A program made the translations under genes and the position numbers. 20,000 nucleotides of DNA, taken from the sequence record SRR31156797_1413, one strand, 5' to 3'. Shown in pieces: positions 19,051 to 20,000 of the stretch (its first letter is position 1; the number at the start of each line of letters is the position of its first letter). Below the pieces are notes generated by a model. It was not told the origin of the DNA, did not search any database, and saw only the letters and a list, made by a program, of their open reading frames with translations.

Positions 19051-19240
19051 ATATCTGTAAAATGAAACCTCATACGAAACGCAATTAATAACCTCATTTT
19101 TCATAAGATTATGCTATCCAGTACGCAGTTCTAAAACGAAGCTTTGAAAATGACAGTCGGTTCTTTTGTAATAATCTAAACTAAAGTTGTATAAATATGG
19201 AACGAGTATAACAACTAAAGGTTGGCAAGAGGTTAGGTTA

Positions 19241-19459
19241 ATGACAAAGAATGAGTATTACAAAAAACTCACAACGTTATCGCATCAGCTAGAGCAAATT
19301 GAATTTGCGATCAAACAATTTCATGAAGACTACGATATCTATTTAGCCGAAGGTTACATTGAGTCAGATTACTTATCGTTAGTTCGTAGGGCTGAACAGA
19401 TTGCTTCGTATCGGCATCAAATGACCATAGAACGACGAAATTTAAGACTTGTCAGTTAG
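19241..19459 (+). CDS. Hypothetical 72-aa helical protein
   Basis: ATG at 19241 preceded by GAGGTTAGG and followed by a strong hairpin. The track's TTG start at 19187 has no RBS. No family recognised. Confidence 0.6.
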   Translation: MTKNEYYKKLTTLSHQLEQIEFAIKQFHEDYDIYLAEGYIESDYLSLVRRAEQIASYRHQMTIERRNLRLVS

Positions 19460-19470
19460 AACTTTAATTT

Positions 19471-19500
19471 TTAAGGCGCTAAATCAGCGCCTTAATTATT
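19471..19500. terminator. Perfect 10-bp-stem hairpin, likely a (possibly bidirectional) terminator
   Basis: TTAAGGCGCT-AAATC-AGCGCCTTAA with AT-rich flanks, 11 nt after the stop of the 72-aa ORF. Confidence 0.7.
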
Positions 19501-19504
19501 TATA

Positions 19505-19753
19505 TTGTTTAAAAAGTTAGGTAAATACCAAAAAGACGAGCGCCCAGGTCGAGCTATCTACGAACAAATCGCTTACGCGTATCTTGGTGGTAAGTTCCCA
19601 ATAGAAATGAAGTTAACGCTTGAGAAAGACCAAGAGCCATACGCAGAAAGAATCTACACGCCACACAGTTCAAGTTATGTGGTAAATAACTTCGGAGGCT
19701 TAGAATTAAAACGCTTCGGTATGATTATCGAAACATTAAAGGACGAGTTATGA
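19505..19753 (+). pseudogene. 5'-truncated/frameshifted filamentous-phage ssDNA-binding protein (gene V/G5P-like)
   Basis: IYEQIAYAYLGGKFPIEMKL...PY...Y..HSSSYVVNNFGGLELKRFG resembles Vibrio inovirus ssDNA-binding proteins. The first ~9 codons look unrelated and the TTG start has no RBS. Confidence 0.75.
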
Positions 19754-19866
19754 TCAAAGTCTTTATAGAAAACCAAGCAGGCTTAATTAGCTTGGCGTTC
19801 CCAGCAATCAACGAGCGTTACAACTACAAATCACATAATGAAGTTGTAGATGAGATAACAACATAA
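19750..19866 (+). CDS. 38-aa ORF translationally coupled to the phage ssb remnant
   Basis: ATGA start/stop overlap at 19750-19753 with AAGGA just upstream; translation MIKVFIENQAGLISLAFPAINERYNYKSHNEVVDEITT. May itself be truncated. Confidence 0.45.
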   Translation: MIKVFIENQAGLISLAFPAINERYNYKSHNEVVDEITT

Positions 19867-19930
19867 ATTTTTTTAATGAGTTACGGAGCAATTGTTATGA
19901 CCATGTATATAAATCAACAACCTATAAATA

Positions 19931-19958
19931 AGTGCGTATTATGTACGTTATGTTAAAT
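19931..19958 (+). other. dif: dif site (XerC/XerD chromosome dimer resolution and IMEX attachment site)
   Basis: AGTGCGTATTA-TGTACG-TTATGTTAAAT: 11-bp XerC arm, 6-bp centre, canonical XerD arm. 27/28 identical to the recalled V. cholerae dif1 (centre TGTATG). Non-coding and close to matP. Confidence 0.95.
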
Positions 19959-20000
19959 ATAGTTTTGAACATACATGTTAGTAAGACTTTTACTTCTGCT

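Larger units (their letters stand above)
19505..19930 (+). mobile_element. Decayed remnant of a dif-integrating (Xer-exploiting) filamentous phage or satellite
   Basis: Phage ssb-like fragment plus a coupled small ORF in AT-rich DNA directly beside dif. No rep, coat or zot genes in the window. Boundaries are approximate. Confidence 0.6.

Noticed and set aside
19187-19240. TTG-started extension of the orphan ORF to 90 aa
   Set aside because: No RBS at 19187; the RBS-like sequence lies before ATG 19241 and the extension overlaps the candidate promoter.
19051-20000. Possible intact prophage, integron cassette or CRISPR array in the accessory end
   Set aside because: No rep, integrase, coat or zot genes, no attC/VCR-like repeat and no regularly spaced repeats were seen; only a relic is supported.

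Overview
This is a Vibrio-type chromosome I terminus region. Most of the window (1-18996) is a conserved housekeeping block: pepN (5' truncated), a small DUF2835-like gene, the large NAD-glutamate dehydrogenase, pyrD, zapC, rlmKL, a glutaredoxin-like gene, uup, a GlyGly-CTERM surface protein (DUF3466-like), rmf (missed by the ORF track), fabA, a Lon-like protease (ycbZ), matP and a DUF3634-like gene. The last ~1 kb is AT-rich and accessory. It holds an orphan 72-aa gene with its own terminator, a 5'-damaged filamentous-phage (inovirus) ssDNA-binding protein gene coupled to a 38-aa ORF, and a 28-bp XerC/XerD dif site at 19931-19958. That site has Vibrio dif1-type arms but a variant central hexamer (TGTACG). 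This arrangement looks like the decayed remains of a Xer-exploiting mobile element at the dif integration hotspot. Readable regulatory signals include adjacent FadR and FabR boxes at fabA, a matS-like palindrome over the predicted matP -10 element, and a combined terminator/promoter before pyrD. All family assignments come from recognising motifs and gene order; no database searches were run.
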